Shown: positions 16,623 to 27,038, counted from the first letter of the stretch. The stretch is 64,000 nt of DNA from Candidatus Falkowbacteria bacterium (GCA_037137655.1 JBAXJX010000002.1:101730-165729); one strand, 5' to 3'. Notes: generated by a model from the letters alone, not told the origin. Made by a program: numbers and translations.

Positions 16623-17369
16623 TTATTTAACCAACTCACCCTCAACTACAGCCGACTTTAATGGCTTGCTAGTTTTAATAATAATCAATTGTTGTAAGGC
16701 GGTTAAAATTGTTACTAAAAACCAATAGAAAGTTAAACCACCAGGTAAAGAAGCGCCAATGAAAATTGTCATTACCGGCATTAAATAGGTCATTTGCTTA
16801 CTCATAATAGCTGCCATATCCTCATCCTCTGATCCAGGAGTCTTAACCTCTGGTCTTTTAGCTAACATCATTTTTGCTTGCCAAAATTGAGCCGCACCAG
16901 CTAAAACCGCTAAATAGATATTTGGTTTAGATAAATCTAAAAAACCAAAAGCCATAAAGTTTATAGCTTCCGGTTTCTGCACAAAAGAGTATAACAATCC
17001 AAGTTTACTAGTAAGGCCGTCACGAAAGACATTAAACACCGCAATTAAGAACGGCAATTGGACCAAAAGTGGCAAACAAGATGAAAATGGATTAATATGA
17101 TGATCTTTATATAATTGCATCGTAGCCGTAGCTTGAGCCTGCTTATCATCCTTAAATCTTTCTTTTATATCTTTAATTTTTGGTTGTAAATCCTGTAAAT
17201 CCTTTTGGGCTTTAATTGATTTTTGAGATAAAGGCCATAAAATCAATCTAATTATTACTGTTAACAGGATAATCGCAATACCAAAATCTTTAAATGAGGC
17301 GTGATTATACAAAAAAACTAAAAGATTTAAAATTGGTTGATAAAATATTACTTGATACAAGTGTTGCAT
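16623..17369 (-). CDS. yidC: membrane protein insertase YidC (short form)
   Basis: Multi-TM protein with PLSQKS..KAQK..LQPK, MQLYKDHHINPFSSCLPLLVQLP and the conserved rnpA-yidD-yidC neighbourhood. Confidence 0.9.
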   Translation of the reverse strand: MQHLYQVIFYQPILNLLVFLYNHASFKDFGIAIILLTVIIRLILWPLSQKSIKAQKDLQDLQPKIKDIKERFKDDKQAQATATMQLYKDHHINPFSSCLPLLVQLPFLIAVFNVFRDGLTSKLGLLYSFVQKPEAINFMAFGFLDLSKPNIYLAVLAGAAQFWQAKMMLAKRPEVKTPGSEDEDMAAIMSKQMTYLMPVMTIFIGASLPGGLTFYWFLVTILTALQQLIIIKTSKPLKSAVVEGELVK

Positions 17370-17398
17370 ATTTTTTATTTAAAATTTAATAAATTTTA

Positions 17399-17665
17399 TT
17401 ATTTAACAGGATCACTGCCACCCTTATTCCATGGATTACAACGCAAGACGCGCCATGAAGCCATAAAGCCACCGATTATTATCCCATGCTTTAGTATAGC
17501 TTGTTTGCCGTATTCTGAACAGGTCGGTTGAAAACGACAAAATCCATGAGGAAAAAACACTTTAAGTGGCCCGTGGTCCATTGATAAAGTTTTTTGGTAA
17601 ATATTAATCAACTTTACTATGAATAAGCGTGGAAAATAAAAAAGGTTTAAAATCTTATTAAGCAT
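17399..17665 (-). CDS. yidD: membrane protein insertion efficiency factor YidD
   Basis: [19 protein letters not shown]...[16 protein letters not shown] is the YidD signature. Confidence 0.9.
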   Translation of the reverse strand: MLNKILNLFYFPRLFIVKLINIYQKTLSMDHGPLKVFFPHGFCRFQPTCSEYGKQAILKHGIIIGGFMASWRVLRCNPWNKGGSDPVK

Positions 17666-17669
17666 ATGT

Positions 17670-18017
17670 TTATACTTTTTTATAAAGCCCGGTTTTTTTA
17701 AAACAAAAATTTAAAGCACTTTTAATTTCATCAAAATTATTAGCTAATATTAGAGGAAAAACAACAATAACACAATCATTGCCCTTATTAAGCAAAAAGA
17801 GCTCGCTTTCTATAGCCGCTCTGATTTGTCTTTTTATTTTGTTTCGAATAACAGCCTTCTTGCTTATTTTAGTTCCAACTAGAATACCAAAACGATTTTC
17901 TTCTAAACTATTAGGGAGATATTTTACCGAAAGAATTTTAGAATAACAAGATCTTCCTTTCTTAAATACCGCATCAAAATCATTATTTTTTGTTAAACGA
18001 TTTTCTCTTTTTAACAT
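17670..18017 (-). CDS. rnpA: ribonuclease P protein component
   Basis: 115-aa basic protein ([15 protein letters not shown]..., [10 protein letters not shown]) directly downstream of rpmH. Confidence 0.85.
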   Translation of the reverse strand: MLKRENRLTKNNDFDAVFKKGRSCYSKILSVKYLPNSLEENRFGILVGTKISKKAVIRNKIKRQIRAAIESELFLLNKGNDCVIVVFPLILANNFDEIKSALNFCFKKTGLYKKV

Positions 18018-18043
18018 TTAGTGTTCTATAAAAACAAACAAAA

Positions 18044-18184
18044 TTATTTGCTTAATACGGCGCGACCCTTATCACGACGACGTTTTAAAACGGCGCGACC
18101 GTCTTTAGTTAGCATTCTTTTCAAAAAGCCGTGCTTTCGTTTAGCTCTTTTCGCGTTTGGCTGGTAGGTTCTCTTTGTTGACAT
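18044..18184 (-). CDS. rpmH: 50S ribosomal protein L34
   Basis: Not in the ORF track (46 aa). My translation is [46 protein letters not shown], a classic L34. Confidence 0.9.
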   Translation of the reverse strand: MSTKRTYQPNAKRAKRKHGFLKRMLTKDGRAVLKRRRDKGRAVLSK

Positions 18185-18392
18185 ATCCTTTTACGTTAAT
18201 TATGGTTTATATTTTTTGTAATGATACAATAACACACTTATTTTTAAAGGTCAACTAATAAAATCTTATTATTCCTTTAGTTTATGCACAGTTTATAAAC
18301 AGTTTATAAGAAGCCCAAGGACTTGTTATAAAATGATTTATTTAATATAATAGCAGCAAGTTTAATCAAAACTAAAACTAAAAAAATCCCCT

Positions 18393-19775
18393 ATGAATAA
18401 TGAACAAATTTGGCAAGCCGTTCTTGGAGAGATTGAGATTGGTTTATCAAGGGCCAATTTCATCACCTGGTTTAAAGACACTTTTATATCCGAATTAAGT
18501 AATGAACAGATAGTTATTGGCGTTCCAAGCGAATTTGTTAAACGATGGCTTGAAAATAAATTTTATAAAATCATTAAATCCTCTTTAGAAAAAATTACCG
18601 GGCAAAAAGTCAACACTATTATTTATCGAGTAGAATTAAAAAAGCCCCAATTTCAACAAACAAAAAACATTCCTCTTAATACCACTAAAAACACTGAACA
18701 AAAAGTTGAAGAATCAAACTTTAAACCACTAGATGCTCCAGCAATTAATCGCTTCGGTTTAAACACTCGTTATCTTTTTGAAAATTTTATCGTTGGTCGT
18801 GGCAATGAATTAGCTCACGCAGCTTGTCGCGCCGTTATTAATAATCCTGGCAAAGTTTACAACCCTTTGTTTATTTATGGTGGGGTTGGACTGGGAAAAA
18901 CTCATTTACTTCAAGCCATTGGCAATGAGCTTTCCAAAACTACCAATAAAATTCTTTATACTACTAGTGAAAATTTTACCAATAACTATGTTCAGGCTGT
19001 TAAGACTGGTAAAGGTAAAGAGTTTAAAAATGTTTATCGCAACGTTGATCTTTTATTAGTTGATGATGTGCAATTTATGGGTGGTAAAGATGGTACCCAG
19101 GAAGAATTTTTTCACACTTTTAATGAACTACATCAAGGTAATAAACAAATCATCATGACCTCTGATCGTCCACCAAAATCAATTCCTGCTATTGAAGATC
19201 GTTTAATTTCCCGTTTCGAATCTGGTATGGTAGTTGACGTCGGTAAACCAGACGTTGAAACAAAAATCGCCATTCTTGAAAAGAAGGCGGGTGAAAAAAA
19301 TTATTATTTAGAAAAAGAAATACTTTCTTGTGTGGCTGATAACATTCAAAATAATATCAGAGAACTAGAGGGTGCTCTAAATAAAATTATTGCTTATCAT
19401 GAATTTAACAACACCGCCCCAACCGTTAAAAGTGTTAAAGATATTTTAAGTGATATTACTACTGAGTCAAAATCAAAATCACTTTCACCTCGAGATATCA
19501 TTGATGTTGTTGCCAAATTTTATAATATTAATATTAAGGAGTTAACTGGTGATAGTCGCAAAAAAGATTTAGTTCTGCCACGCCAAGTAGCTGTTTATTT
19601 AATTCGGGAAGAACTCGGCACCTCCTATCCAAGCATTGGTAATGAACTAGGTGGACGTGATCACACCACTGCTATTCACGCTTACAACAAAATATTGCAA
19701 GAGAAAAAAGATAATGAAAGATTGAGTCAAGAATTAAATTCAATTAAACAATTATTTTATTCATACAACAAATAA
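18393..19775 (+). CDS. dnaA: chromosomal replication initiator DnaA
   Basis: NPLFIYGGVGLGKTHLLQAIGN (Walker A), LLVDDVQF, the sensor region, and C-terminal DNA-binding domain motif HTTAIHAYNKI. Confidence 0.97.
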   Translation: MNNEQIWQAVLGEIEIGLSRANFITWFKDTFISELSNEQIVIGVPSEFVKRWLENKFYKIIKSSLEKITGQKVNTIIYRVELKKPQFQQTKNIPLNTTKNTEQKVEESNFKPLDAPAINRFGLNTRYLFENFIVGRGNELAHAACRAVINNPGKVYNPLFIYGGVGLGKTHLLQAIGNELSKTTNKILYTTSENFTNNYVQAVKTGKGKEFKNVYRNVDLLLVDDVQFMGGKDGTQEEFFHTFNELHQGNKQIIMTSDRPPKSIPAIEDRLISRFESGMVVDVGKPDVETKIAILEKKAGEKNYYLEKEILSCVADNIQNNIRELEGALNKIIAYHEFNNTAPTVKSVKDILSDITTESKSKSLSPRDIIDVVAKFYNINIKELTGDSRKKDLVLPRQVAVYLIREELGTSYPSIGNELGGRDHTTAIHAYNKILQEKKDNERLSQELNSIKQLFYSYNK

Positions 19776-20052
19776 TTCTGTTTACATCCTGTTAATAAGT
19801 CCGACTTTCTCTGTTAGTAATTCTGTTTAAAACCCTGTTGACCATTTCTAATGAATTGTTAACAAGTAAGGACATTGCAACTTATCAACAAAGTAACAAA
19901 AAACAATCCCGTATTAATTAATTTTTTATTAACAAGCGAATTCCACACTAAGCCCAGTAAAATTCCAAAAAACACCACCTTATCCACTCTGTCCACTCCC
20001 TTATTATTACTATTAGTAATATATATTATATATAATATAATAAAGAACACTT
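19776..20052. other. probable oriC (DnaA boxes plus AT-rich unwinding element) in the dnaA-dnaN spacer
   Basis: TTATCAACA (19882-19890), TTATCCACT (19980-19988) and an adjacent CTGTCCACT. A 45-nt almost pure A/T stretch runs 20001-20045. Direct repeats TTCTGTTTA-N4/5-CCTGTT occur at 19776-19793 and 19821-19839. Confidence 0.6.
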
Positions 20053-21180
20053 ATGAAATTTATTAGTCTGCAAGAAAATTTAAAACAAGGTTTGCAAATA
20101 GTTAGTCATGTAGTTAGTAAGAATATAAACTTACCAATTCTTAATAATATTTTAGTAAAAGCTAATAAGGGTAATATTGAATTGATAGCTACTAATTTAG
20201 AGATTGGTATTATTCATCAAGTTCGTGGAAAGATTGAGGTTGAGGGTGAATTCACAGTTGACTCTAAAATAATCACTGACTATATAAATTTATTACCAAG
20301 CGCTAAAGTTGAGATTGATAAAAATGATAGTGAAATAAAAGTTGAATGTGAAAACTATAAAACAAAAATAAACATTCAAGAGGCAACTGATTTTCCATTA
20401 TTACCAGTTGTAGCTAAAGACAATCCATTTATTTTAAATCTAAATGATTTTAGAGATGCTCTAAGTCAGGTTCTTTTCTCAGTAGCTAATAATGAAACTA
20501 GATTAGAATTATCAGGAGTATTATTTATTTTTAATGACAATGAAATTACTTTAGTTGGAACTGATAGTTATCGCCTAACAGAAAAGAAAATATTATTAAA
20601 AAATAAAAGTGATAATAATTTTAAAATTATTGTTCCCGCTAAAGCCTTGCAAGAGTTATTTAGAATTTTATCTAGCTTAAAGGAAAAAGAAGATCTTGAT
20701 TCTAGTGGTGATATTTCTATTTGCTTATCGGAAAATCAAATTTTATTTTCTTTTGGTGGCACGGAATTAGTTTCTCGTTTAATTATGGGAAATTTTCCTG
20801 ACTATAAACAAATTATTCCAACTAACTTTAAAACTGAAGTTAAAATTGATAAAAGTTCTTTACTTCGTGCTATTAAGGCTTCAGCGATATTTTCTAAAAC
20901 TGGCATTAATGATGTGACGATGGATTTTAAAAAAGAAGACTCTAAAATTTTCTTGTCATCAATTTCTAGTCAGACTGGTGAAAGTTCAATTGATTTAAAG
21001 GCAGAGATCTCTGGTGACGATAATTCTATGGTGGTTAATTACCGCTATTTGCTCGATGGCTTGAATAATATTGATGGTCCGAACATTGTGATGGAATTAG
21101 TTAATGGTAACACCCCGTGCGTTTTAAAGGCTGAGAAGGATGAGACTTATCAATACATTGTGATGCCAATTAGACAATAA
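20053..21180 (+). CDS. dnaN: DNA polymerase III beta sliding clamp
   Basis: 375 aa immediately after dnaA, with three-domain clamp-like periodicity and C-terminal YIVMPIR. Confidence 0.93.
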   Translation: MKFISLQENLKQGLQIVSHVVSKNINLPILNNILVKANKGNIELIATNLEIGIIHQVRGKIEVEGEFTVDSKIITDYINLLPSAKVEIDKNDSEIKVECENYKTKINIQEATDFPLLPVVAKDNPFILNLNDFRDALSQVLFSVANNETRLELSGVLFIFNDNEITLVGTDSYRLTEKKILLKNKSDNNFKIIVPAKALQELFRILSSLKEKEDLDSSGDISICLSENQILFSFGGTELVSRLIMGNFPDYKQIIPTNFKTEVKIDKSSLLRAIKASAIFSKTGINDVTMDFKKEDSKIFLSSISSQTGESSIDLKAEISGDDNSMVVNYRYLLDGLNNIDGPNIVMELVNGNTPCVLKAEKDETYQYIVMPIRQ

Positions 21181-21194
21181 TTAAAAGTTTTTAA

Positions 21195-21231
21195 AAAAAA
21201 CCTCGCCGTGATGGCGAGGTTTTTTATTTTT
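21195..21231. terminator. bidirectional intrinsic terminator
   Basis: AACCTCGCC / GGCGAGGTT stem flanked by A8 and a T-run, between convergent dnaN and the PBP gene. Confidence 0.85.
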
Positions 21232-21240
21232 TACCGTTAA

Positions 21241-24147
21241 CTAATTAACGTTTAGAGTTATACTGTTACTAGTTTTTTTATTATTATTCCAATCATAGTA
21301 TTCAGCGTAGACTTCGTAAGTTCCAGGACCTGGTGAACTATCCCAAGATAAAGTTATAATTTTATCTGTAACACTAGTTAAACTCTTAATCGGATTAACA
21401 CCACTTGCATCCTTGTAGAATAAATCTACTTTAGTAACCTTTTCATAGTTATTGGTTGCCAGTTGAATGTTAAGTGGAAAGTCGCTAGCACTGGCGATGG
21501 TCCCACTACTTGGACTAATAAGATTTAAGGCTGGTGTATTTTGATAATTATTATCTAGAAGTAAGTTAAACTCTAATGATTTTTCCGTGCAATTGTATGA
21601 CGCATCACAGACCTTAACTTTTAAATTGTAATAACCATTACTTAAAAAGTTTAAAGTTTTATTCATGGTAAATGGAAAAACGCTAGTCTTGTAAGTTAAA
21701 TTATTGTTTATGTAATATTCCACATTAGCGTTATCAGCAATTGATGTGATATTAACTCCAATATTTAATTTACTATCTTTAATAATGTCTTTATCGGCTA
21801 CGCCGGTAATATCAAATTGGGGTGGATTGGTTGGTGCACTATCACCAATTACTAATTTTGATGATGAGGCATAAATATTATTTTTTTGAGCCCAGGTTAA
21901 AACAGCTGATTCCCATAATGGGAATTGTGGATCAATTGATGGGTCACTTGGTTTTGGTCCAAGTGGATCATCTTTGTTCACATAGTATAAAATACAATGT
22001 GGGTTGGTGTATATAACTTCCTTGGTGAGCTCTGGAGGGGTGCTAGAGGTCGCAATAGTATTAGTTTGAGTATTGATGAGGACTTTTCTGTTAACGTTGC
22101 TCTCACCGTCAATTACAGCCTTACCAGTTGTGAGGTCACCTGGATCTTTAAAAGCCTCAACTGGGGTACCAACTAAAACTCGTTTCATGTATTCATTCCA
22201 AATTGGCGCGGCGACGATACTGCCGTCAGAACCTTTCTTCATGGAAACACTAGAATTGTTTCCAACCCAAACGCCGGTAACAAGTGATGGGGTGAAACCC
22301 ATTGTCCAAGCATCTTTAAAGTCGTTAGTAGTTCCAGTTTTAGCAGCAACTAATCTGTCTGGTAATGTTAGGAAATTTTTGGCGCCAAAAATTGGAGTAC
22401 GGGCAGCATTATCAGTTAGGATACTATTTACTTCTTCGGCAATTTTTGGATCAAGGACCATGTCTTTTTGATCTTTGTATTCTTCTAATACTTTTCCATC
22501 TTTATCTTCCACTCTTAAAATACTAGCCACTTGGTGATACTCACCTTCACGGGCAAAAACTCCGAAAGCATTAACATGTTCCAACATTTTAACTTCACCA
22601 CCACCAAGCACTAAGGATAAACCATAACGATCTGGATTAGTTAAGGTAGTGTAGCCAAATTTAGCGGCAAGGTCAGTTACGTTTTTAACTCCAGCTAAAT
22701 AAAGAGCTTTTACAGCCGGAATATTTAATGATCCGGCTAGCGCAGTGCGAATAGAAACTGGGCCACGTTCTTTTAGGTCATAATCATGTGGTTCATATGG
22801 TGTTCCATTGTTGGAGAAGTTGGTGTTAACATCAAAAAGAATGGTGTTTGGTGTATAACCCTTACCAAATAAAGTAGCGTAAACTAGTGGTTTAATTGAT
22901 GAACCTGGTTGACGTAAGCTAGTAGCAATATTAACTTGACCATCAATGCTATCATCGAAATAATCACGTGAACCAACCATGGCTAGAATTTGTCCGGTCT
23001 TTGGATCGATCGAAACTAAAGCAGCATTGCTAGCGTTATATTTAGTTTTGTAATTTTCAGTTTTTTGGGTGATAACTTCTTCGGCAATTTTTTGCTTATA
23101 AAGATCGAGTGTGGTAATAATTTTTAAACCACCCTGCTCAATGGCTTGTTCGCCATATTTTTCAGCTAACTGATCTTTGATATACATGATAAAGTGCGGC
23201 GCAATCATGTTGCTGTCTGGTGGGGCAAATTTAATAACTTCCTTTTTAGCAGTATCAGCTTGATCTTTGGTGATGTAACCTTGTTCCGCCATTAAACCTA
23301 AAATATATTTTTGGCGATCAAGTAATAATTGTTTATTTGGACCATAAGGTGAATAGCGACTCGGAGCTTGTGGCAGAGCGGCTAAAACAGCGGCTTCAGC
23401 AATTGTTAAATCTTTGGCTTGTTTTTTAAAATATTTTTGCGCTGCCGCTTCTACGCCGTAAGCATTAGAGCCGTATGGAATTTCATTTAAGTACATTTGT
23501 AGAATTTCATCTTTACTGAATTTCTGTTCAATTCTGATAGCTAAAATAATTTCCTTTAGTTTGCGGGTAAAAGTTTTTTCATTAGATAAAATTGCGTTCT
23601 TAACAAATTGTTGAGTTAGGGTTGAGCCGCCAGCACTACGACGAAAAATAATATTAGTAATCATGGTGCGAATCATTGCCCAAACGGAAATGCCACCATG
23701 TTTGTAAAAATCTTTATCCTCCACTGAGATTGTTGCTTGCTTAACGTAGTTTGGTAGATCAGATATTTTTACTAAAGTTCTTTTTTGATCACCGGAAATT
23801 TCATAAAGCAAATTTTGGCCAGTGCGATCATATATTTTTGTGCTTTGGGCTACTTCCCGATTAATTAATTGGTTTGGATTTGGTAGACCACTATTAACAA
23901 CTAAAACTAAAATAATAAAACCAATAAGACCAACCAACGCTGCTAGGCCGGTAAATTTTAAAAATTTCTTATTAAGTAGTAGGGCAATAAAAAAATTATG
24001 ATTTGTATTTTTATTTTTTGGTGCTTTTTGTTTTGTTGGTGATGTGGCAACGTGATGTGTTACTACTAAGCGGCGGTGAGCAATTTTGTATTTTTTATTT
24101 TGATTGTTTTGCTTCCAAGAGGAAGTTTGAAAAGTTCTGTTTGGCAT
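21241..24147 (-). CDS. class A penicillin-binding protein (glycosyltransferase plus transpeptidase) with a long C-terminal beta-rich extension
   Basis: GT51 motifs EDKDFYKHGGIS, GGSTLTQQ and RKLKE. Transpeptidase motifs SSIKP, SLN and KTGTT. An N-terminal TM anchor and about 250 extra C-terminal residues. Confidence 0.9.
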   Translation of the reverse strand: MPNRTFQTSSWKQNNQNKKYKIAHRRLVVTHHVATSPTKQKAPKNKNTNHNFFIALLLNKKFLKFTGLAALVGLIGFIILVLVVNSGLPNPNQLINREVAQSTKIYDRTGQNLLYEISGDQKRTLVKISDLPNYVKQATISVEDKDFYKHGGISVWAMIRTMITNIIFRRSAGGSTLTQQFVKNAILSNEKTFTRKLKEIILAIRIEQKFSKDEILQMYLNEIPYGSNAYGVEAAAQKYFKKQAKDLTIAEAAVLAALPQAPSRYSPYGPNKQLLLDRQKYILGLMAEQGYITKDQADTAKKEVIKFAPPDSNMIAPHFIMYIKDQLAEKYGEQAIEQGGLKIITTLDLYKQKIAEEVITQKTENYKTKYNASNAALVSIDPKTGQILAMVGSRDYFDDSIDGQVNIATSLRQPGSSIKPLVYATLFGKGYTPNTILFDVNTNFSNNGTPYEPHDYDLKERGPVSIRTALAGSLNIPAVKALYLAGVKNVTDLAAKFGYTTLTNPDRYGLSLVLGGGEVKMLEHVNAFGVFAREGEYHQVASILRVEDKDGKVLEEYKDQKDMVLDPKIAEEVNSILTDNAARTPIFGAKNFLTLPDRLVAAKTGTTNDFKDAWTMGFTPSLVTGVWVGNNSSVSMKKGSDGSIVAAPIWNEYMKRVLVGTPVEAFKDPGDLTTGKAVIDGESNVNRKVLINTQTNTIATSSTPPELTKEVIYTNPHCILYYVNKDDPLGPKPSDPSIDPQFPLWESAVLTWAQKNNIYASSSKLVIGDSAPTNPPQFDITGVADKDIIKDSKLNIGVNITSIADNANVEYYINNNLTYKTSVFPFTMNKTLNFLSNGYYNLKVKVCDASYNCTEKSLEFNLLLDNNYQNTPALNLISPSSGTIASASDFPLNIQLATNNYEKVTKVDLFYKDASGVNPIKSLTSVTDKIITLSWDSSPGPGTYEVYAEYYDWNNNKKTSNSITLNVN

Positions 24148-24157
24148 ATATTAAAAA

Positions 24158-25066
24158 TTATTTTTTTCGATAATATTTAGCGGCCTCTTCTGGCTCGATT
24201 TGATCAATAACTATTCCCGAACCCAGTTCTATTCCGGCCCAAACGCTACTGCGTGGTTCAATTTTGATGTAAAAATGTTGTTTACCATCACCAATAACAT
24301 CATGGAGAAAATAGTTGAAATCCAATTTTAATTTTCTTAATTTTTTACAAACTAGTTTTAAAATTAGAGCCAATGATTTTATTTCGCTCGTGGTTAATTC
24401 GGTGATAGAGCTGACATGGCGCGCACTAAAAATCCAAAGCTCATAAGGATATTCACTGGCATATGGTGTGAAAGCCACCATATTTTTATCGGAAAAAACT
24501 AGGCGCTTGGAGACGGACTCTTCTTTGATGATGTCGCAGTAAGCGCAACGCTTGTTGTGTTTAAAATATTTTTTTAGAGATTCAAGTTCCTCTTTAACTT
24601 CAGGTGTAATAATACTAGTGGCAAAAATTTGGGAATGAGGATGGATGAGTGAAGCCCCAGCTGCTGCCCCCTGATTTTTAAAACAGGAAATGTATTTTAT
24701 TTTTTTGTTTTTAGAAATTGTTTTACTGCGGCTAATATACATTTTTAAAATTGCCACAATTTGTTCAAGATCCATATTAGCCATTTGCTCAGAGTGTTTT
24801 TGGCTTTCGATAATTACCTCTTGTTCCCCGTAAGACTTAGTGTTATTGGTGCTTACAGCTGGAAATTCATTTTTTACAGAAACAACTGAATTGTTGTTAG
24901 TGAGAATTGTTTTTAAAATTTTACGATCCTTTAAATTGTTTTTACAAAATGGGCAGCTAGAAACAGTTTTATTTTTTTTATTATCACGTGGACGCGCCTC
25001 ACGACCTGGCGCAATAATGGCGTACTTATCAAAGATGTATGATTTTCTAATTTCAGCTTTTTTCAT
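24158..25066 (-). CDS. GalT-like nucleotidyltransferase (HIT superfamily, galactose-1-phosphate uridylyltransferase family)
   Basis: N-terminal CPFC zinc motif and the HPHSQIF histidine-triad-like active site. The substrate is not inferable. Confidence 0.65.
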   Translation of the reverse strand: MKKAEIRKSYIFDKYAIIAPGREARPRDNKKNKTVSSCPFCKNNLKDRKILKTILTNNNSVVSVKNEFPAVSTNNTKSYGEQEVIIESQKHSEQMANMDLEQIVAILKMYISRSKTISKNKKIKYISCFKNQGAAAGASLIHPHSQIFATSIITPEVKEELESLKKYFKHNKRCAYCDIIKEESVSKRLVFSDKNMVAFTPYASEYPYELWIFSARHVSSITELTTSEIKSLALILKLVCKKLRKLKLDFNYFLHDVIGDGKQHFYIKIEPRSSVWAGIELGSGIVIDQIEPEEAAKYYRKK

Positions 25067-25069
25067 TGA

Positions 25070-26242
25070 TTATTTCTTTTCCAAAATAACAATTTCACGC
25101 CACACTTTTTGTCCTTCGCGGCCGTAAATAATTGTTTGACGATCGGTTAGACGTAATTCATTTTTAGCTAGTGGCGCCACAATCTTAAAATTGGATAATC
25201 TAGGGCTCATAGTTTGAAAGCGGTTACCAACATTAAAAACTGGCCAAATCATAACGATATGACCATCATCTTTTAATATTTTTGAGAATTCTGAAATGCT
25301 TTCAGAGTATAATTGTTCTAATTGATTTATTATTTGGCCAATATTATTTTGGCCACGTTGTGGTCCAAGGTATGGTTCGCTGACAATAGCGTCCACGCTT
25401 TTTGGAGCTAATTCTTCGGAAAGTGTGGTGGCGCTACATTCAAAGACACTGACATTTTTTAGAGGACGATTAAATTTTTCTGAGATCCACTCTAAGTTAT
25501 TTCTAGTATCTTCCACGGCCTTCTCCGAAATATCAGAACCAATTAAATGCTCATAGCCCATTAAAAGAGCTTCAGAAATAATTGTGCCGGAGCCGCAAAA
25601 AGCATCTAAAATAGTTGCATCTGGTGCCGCCTTAGCTAGATTAATCATGATTTGGGCGAGTTTTGGTGGTAGCATTCCAGAATAATCATCGCGACTTGGA
25701 CGACCATAATCCCGAAAAGATAATTCTTTAAAAGCTTGAACTGCTAAAGTTTGACCGACAAACATTTTACCGTCATTACATTTTATAATTACAATTTCAG
25801 CCCCCTTTTTAATTAAATGATTTTGTTCGATGATAACACTAGAAAGGTTTTGCTCACGACTAGTTACCAGGCGAGCATTAAAACCACCTTCTTTAATTTC
25901 CTTTTTGATAGTTAAGCCAATTTTTTGGAAATTAAACTTTAAACCGTAAGCGGAAAAGCCAAAATTAAACTTACCTTCGGGACGTAAATTACCGGAAGTG
26001 TTAATAGTTTTGACAACTGCATCCTCTAAGTCAGAGCTTAAATTGGCAATTTCTTCTTTAATTATGCCAAATTTAATTGTGCCACCAAGTCGACGAATAA
26101 GTTTATCAGCATCGATTTCAGCTTCCGATTCCATGAAAAAACATGTAGCATTAGCCAAAAAACCTTCATTTTCTGGATAAAGTGCTCGAATTTCAGCGAC
26201 CGATAAGGCTGGATTGTTTCCTAAAATAAAGTAATATTTCAT
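25070..26242 (-). CDS. SAM-dependent RNA methyltransferase (UPF0020 / Trm11-RlmL-like)
   Basis: LDAFCGSGTIISEALLMG (SAM motif I) and VSEPYLGP (degenerate DPPY-type motif IV), with an N-terminal THUMP-like region. Confidence 0.6.
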   Translation of the reverse strand: MKYYFILGNNPALSVAEIRALYPENEGFLANATCFFMESEAEIDADKLIRRLGGTIKFGIIKEEIANLSSDLEDAVVKTINTSGNLRPEGKFNFGFSAYGLKFNFQKIGLTIKKEIKEGGFNARLVTSREQNLSSVIIEQNHLIKKGAEIVIIKCNDGKMFVGQTLAVQAFKELSFRDYGRPSRDDYSGMLPPKLAQIMINLAKAAPDATILDAFCGSGTIISEALLMGYEHLIGSDISEKAVEDTRNNLEWISEKFNRPLKNVSVFECSATTLSEELAPKSVDAIVSEPYLGPQRGQNNIGQIINQLEQLYSESISEFSKILKDDGHIVMIWPVFNVGNRFQTMSPRLSNFKIVAPLAKNELRLTDRQTIIYGREGQKVWREIVILEKK

Positions 26243-26294
26243 AAGTTTATTGTATAGTTTTTAAAGCTTTTTGGCAATGCCAGCCGGTATGAAG

Positions 26295-26323
26295 TTGACA
26301 TTTTTTAAATCGTGCGTTAAATT
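26295..26323 (+). promoter_or_regulatory. sigma70-type promoter
   Basis: TTGACA, 17-nt spacer, TAAATT. Confidence 0.55.
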
Positions 26324-26392
26324 ATAACAATTCTTTAACAGCTAAATGTTTATTTATATTAATTAAAAACAGTCTTTGGAGGAGACTAAAAC

Positions 26393-26920
26393 ATGGAAAA
26401 AATACATATCCTTACGCCACTATCTTTTGATGAGGCTATGGTCATTGAAAAAATTACGGATAGCCGGTTAGTTCTCGCTAGAGTTGATGACGTTTTTAAA
26501 GCAGGTATTGATTATTATAATTTTGAAAATTGGGCGGATAATTTTGAAAAATGGGAATCTGATAAACCTAATATCGACACTGAAGAAATCGAGGTTAAAG
26601 TATTTAAATTGACTAAATCAGCTAAGTATACCGACATATTCGGTTCATTTCAAAACAGTTTAGATGAGGTTTGTGTCACCCCAGCTCAAATTGTGAGATT
26701 CTGTGAAAAATATCCAGAGAAGCTCGGTCAAAAAGATGAAAATATTTTTCAAGCCAACATTTTCTTGATAAAGGAAAATGAAAAACATGTAGTAGTTCTT
26801 GCATATATGGAATCTTGTGGTCCAAGCGCCAAATTCCACCGCATTGATAATAAAGGTATTTGGAACGCTGATTATCTGTATCATATTTTTGTTCCCGCAA
26901 CTTGCCGCTTAAAAGCGTAA
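26393..26920 (+). CDS. hypothetical protein, paralog of 2883..3545
   Basis: Shares ...F.LT.SAK....F.S....LD...VTPAQIVRFCEKYPEKL...IFLIKENE..VVV...H.FVP with 2883..3545. Confidence 0.65.
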   Translation: MEKIHILTPLSFDEAMVIEKITDSRLVLARVDDVFKAGIDYYNFENWADNFEKWESDKPNIDTEEIEVKVFKLTKSAKYTDIFGSFQNSLDEVCVTPAQIVRFCEKYPEKLGQKDENIFQANIFLIKENEKHVVVLAYMESCGPSAKFHRIDNKGIWNADYLYHIFVPATCRLKA

Positions 26921-26941
26921 TCTCTCGAAAACTGTCCTTAG

Positions 26942-26996
26942 TCTCTTGGATTTTTAGAACTTAATGTTCTGAAAATCCAAGAGATTTTTTATTTTT
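26942..26996 (+). terminator. strong intrinsic terminator
   Basis: 19-bp stem TCTCTTGGATTTTTAGAAC / GTTCTGAAAATCCAAGAGA (one G-U pair), TTAAT loop, T6 run. Confidence 0.9.
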
Positions 26997-27003
26997 AGCG
27001 CCA

Positions 27004-27032
27004 TTGACAATTTTTCCAGCTTTTGTTATATT
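27004..27032 (+). promoter_or_regulatory. sigma70-type promoter
   Basis: TTGACA, 17-nt spacer, TATATT. Confidence 0.65.
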
Positions 27033-27038
27033 GTCCTT

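Noticed and set aside
19859-20066. Two 63-aa ORFs on opposite strands in the dnaA-dnaN spacer
   Set aside because: They fall in the AT-rich origin region with DnaA boxes, mirror each other, and have no RBS or homology. They are more parsimoniously non-coding oriC.
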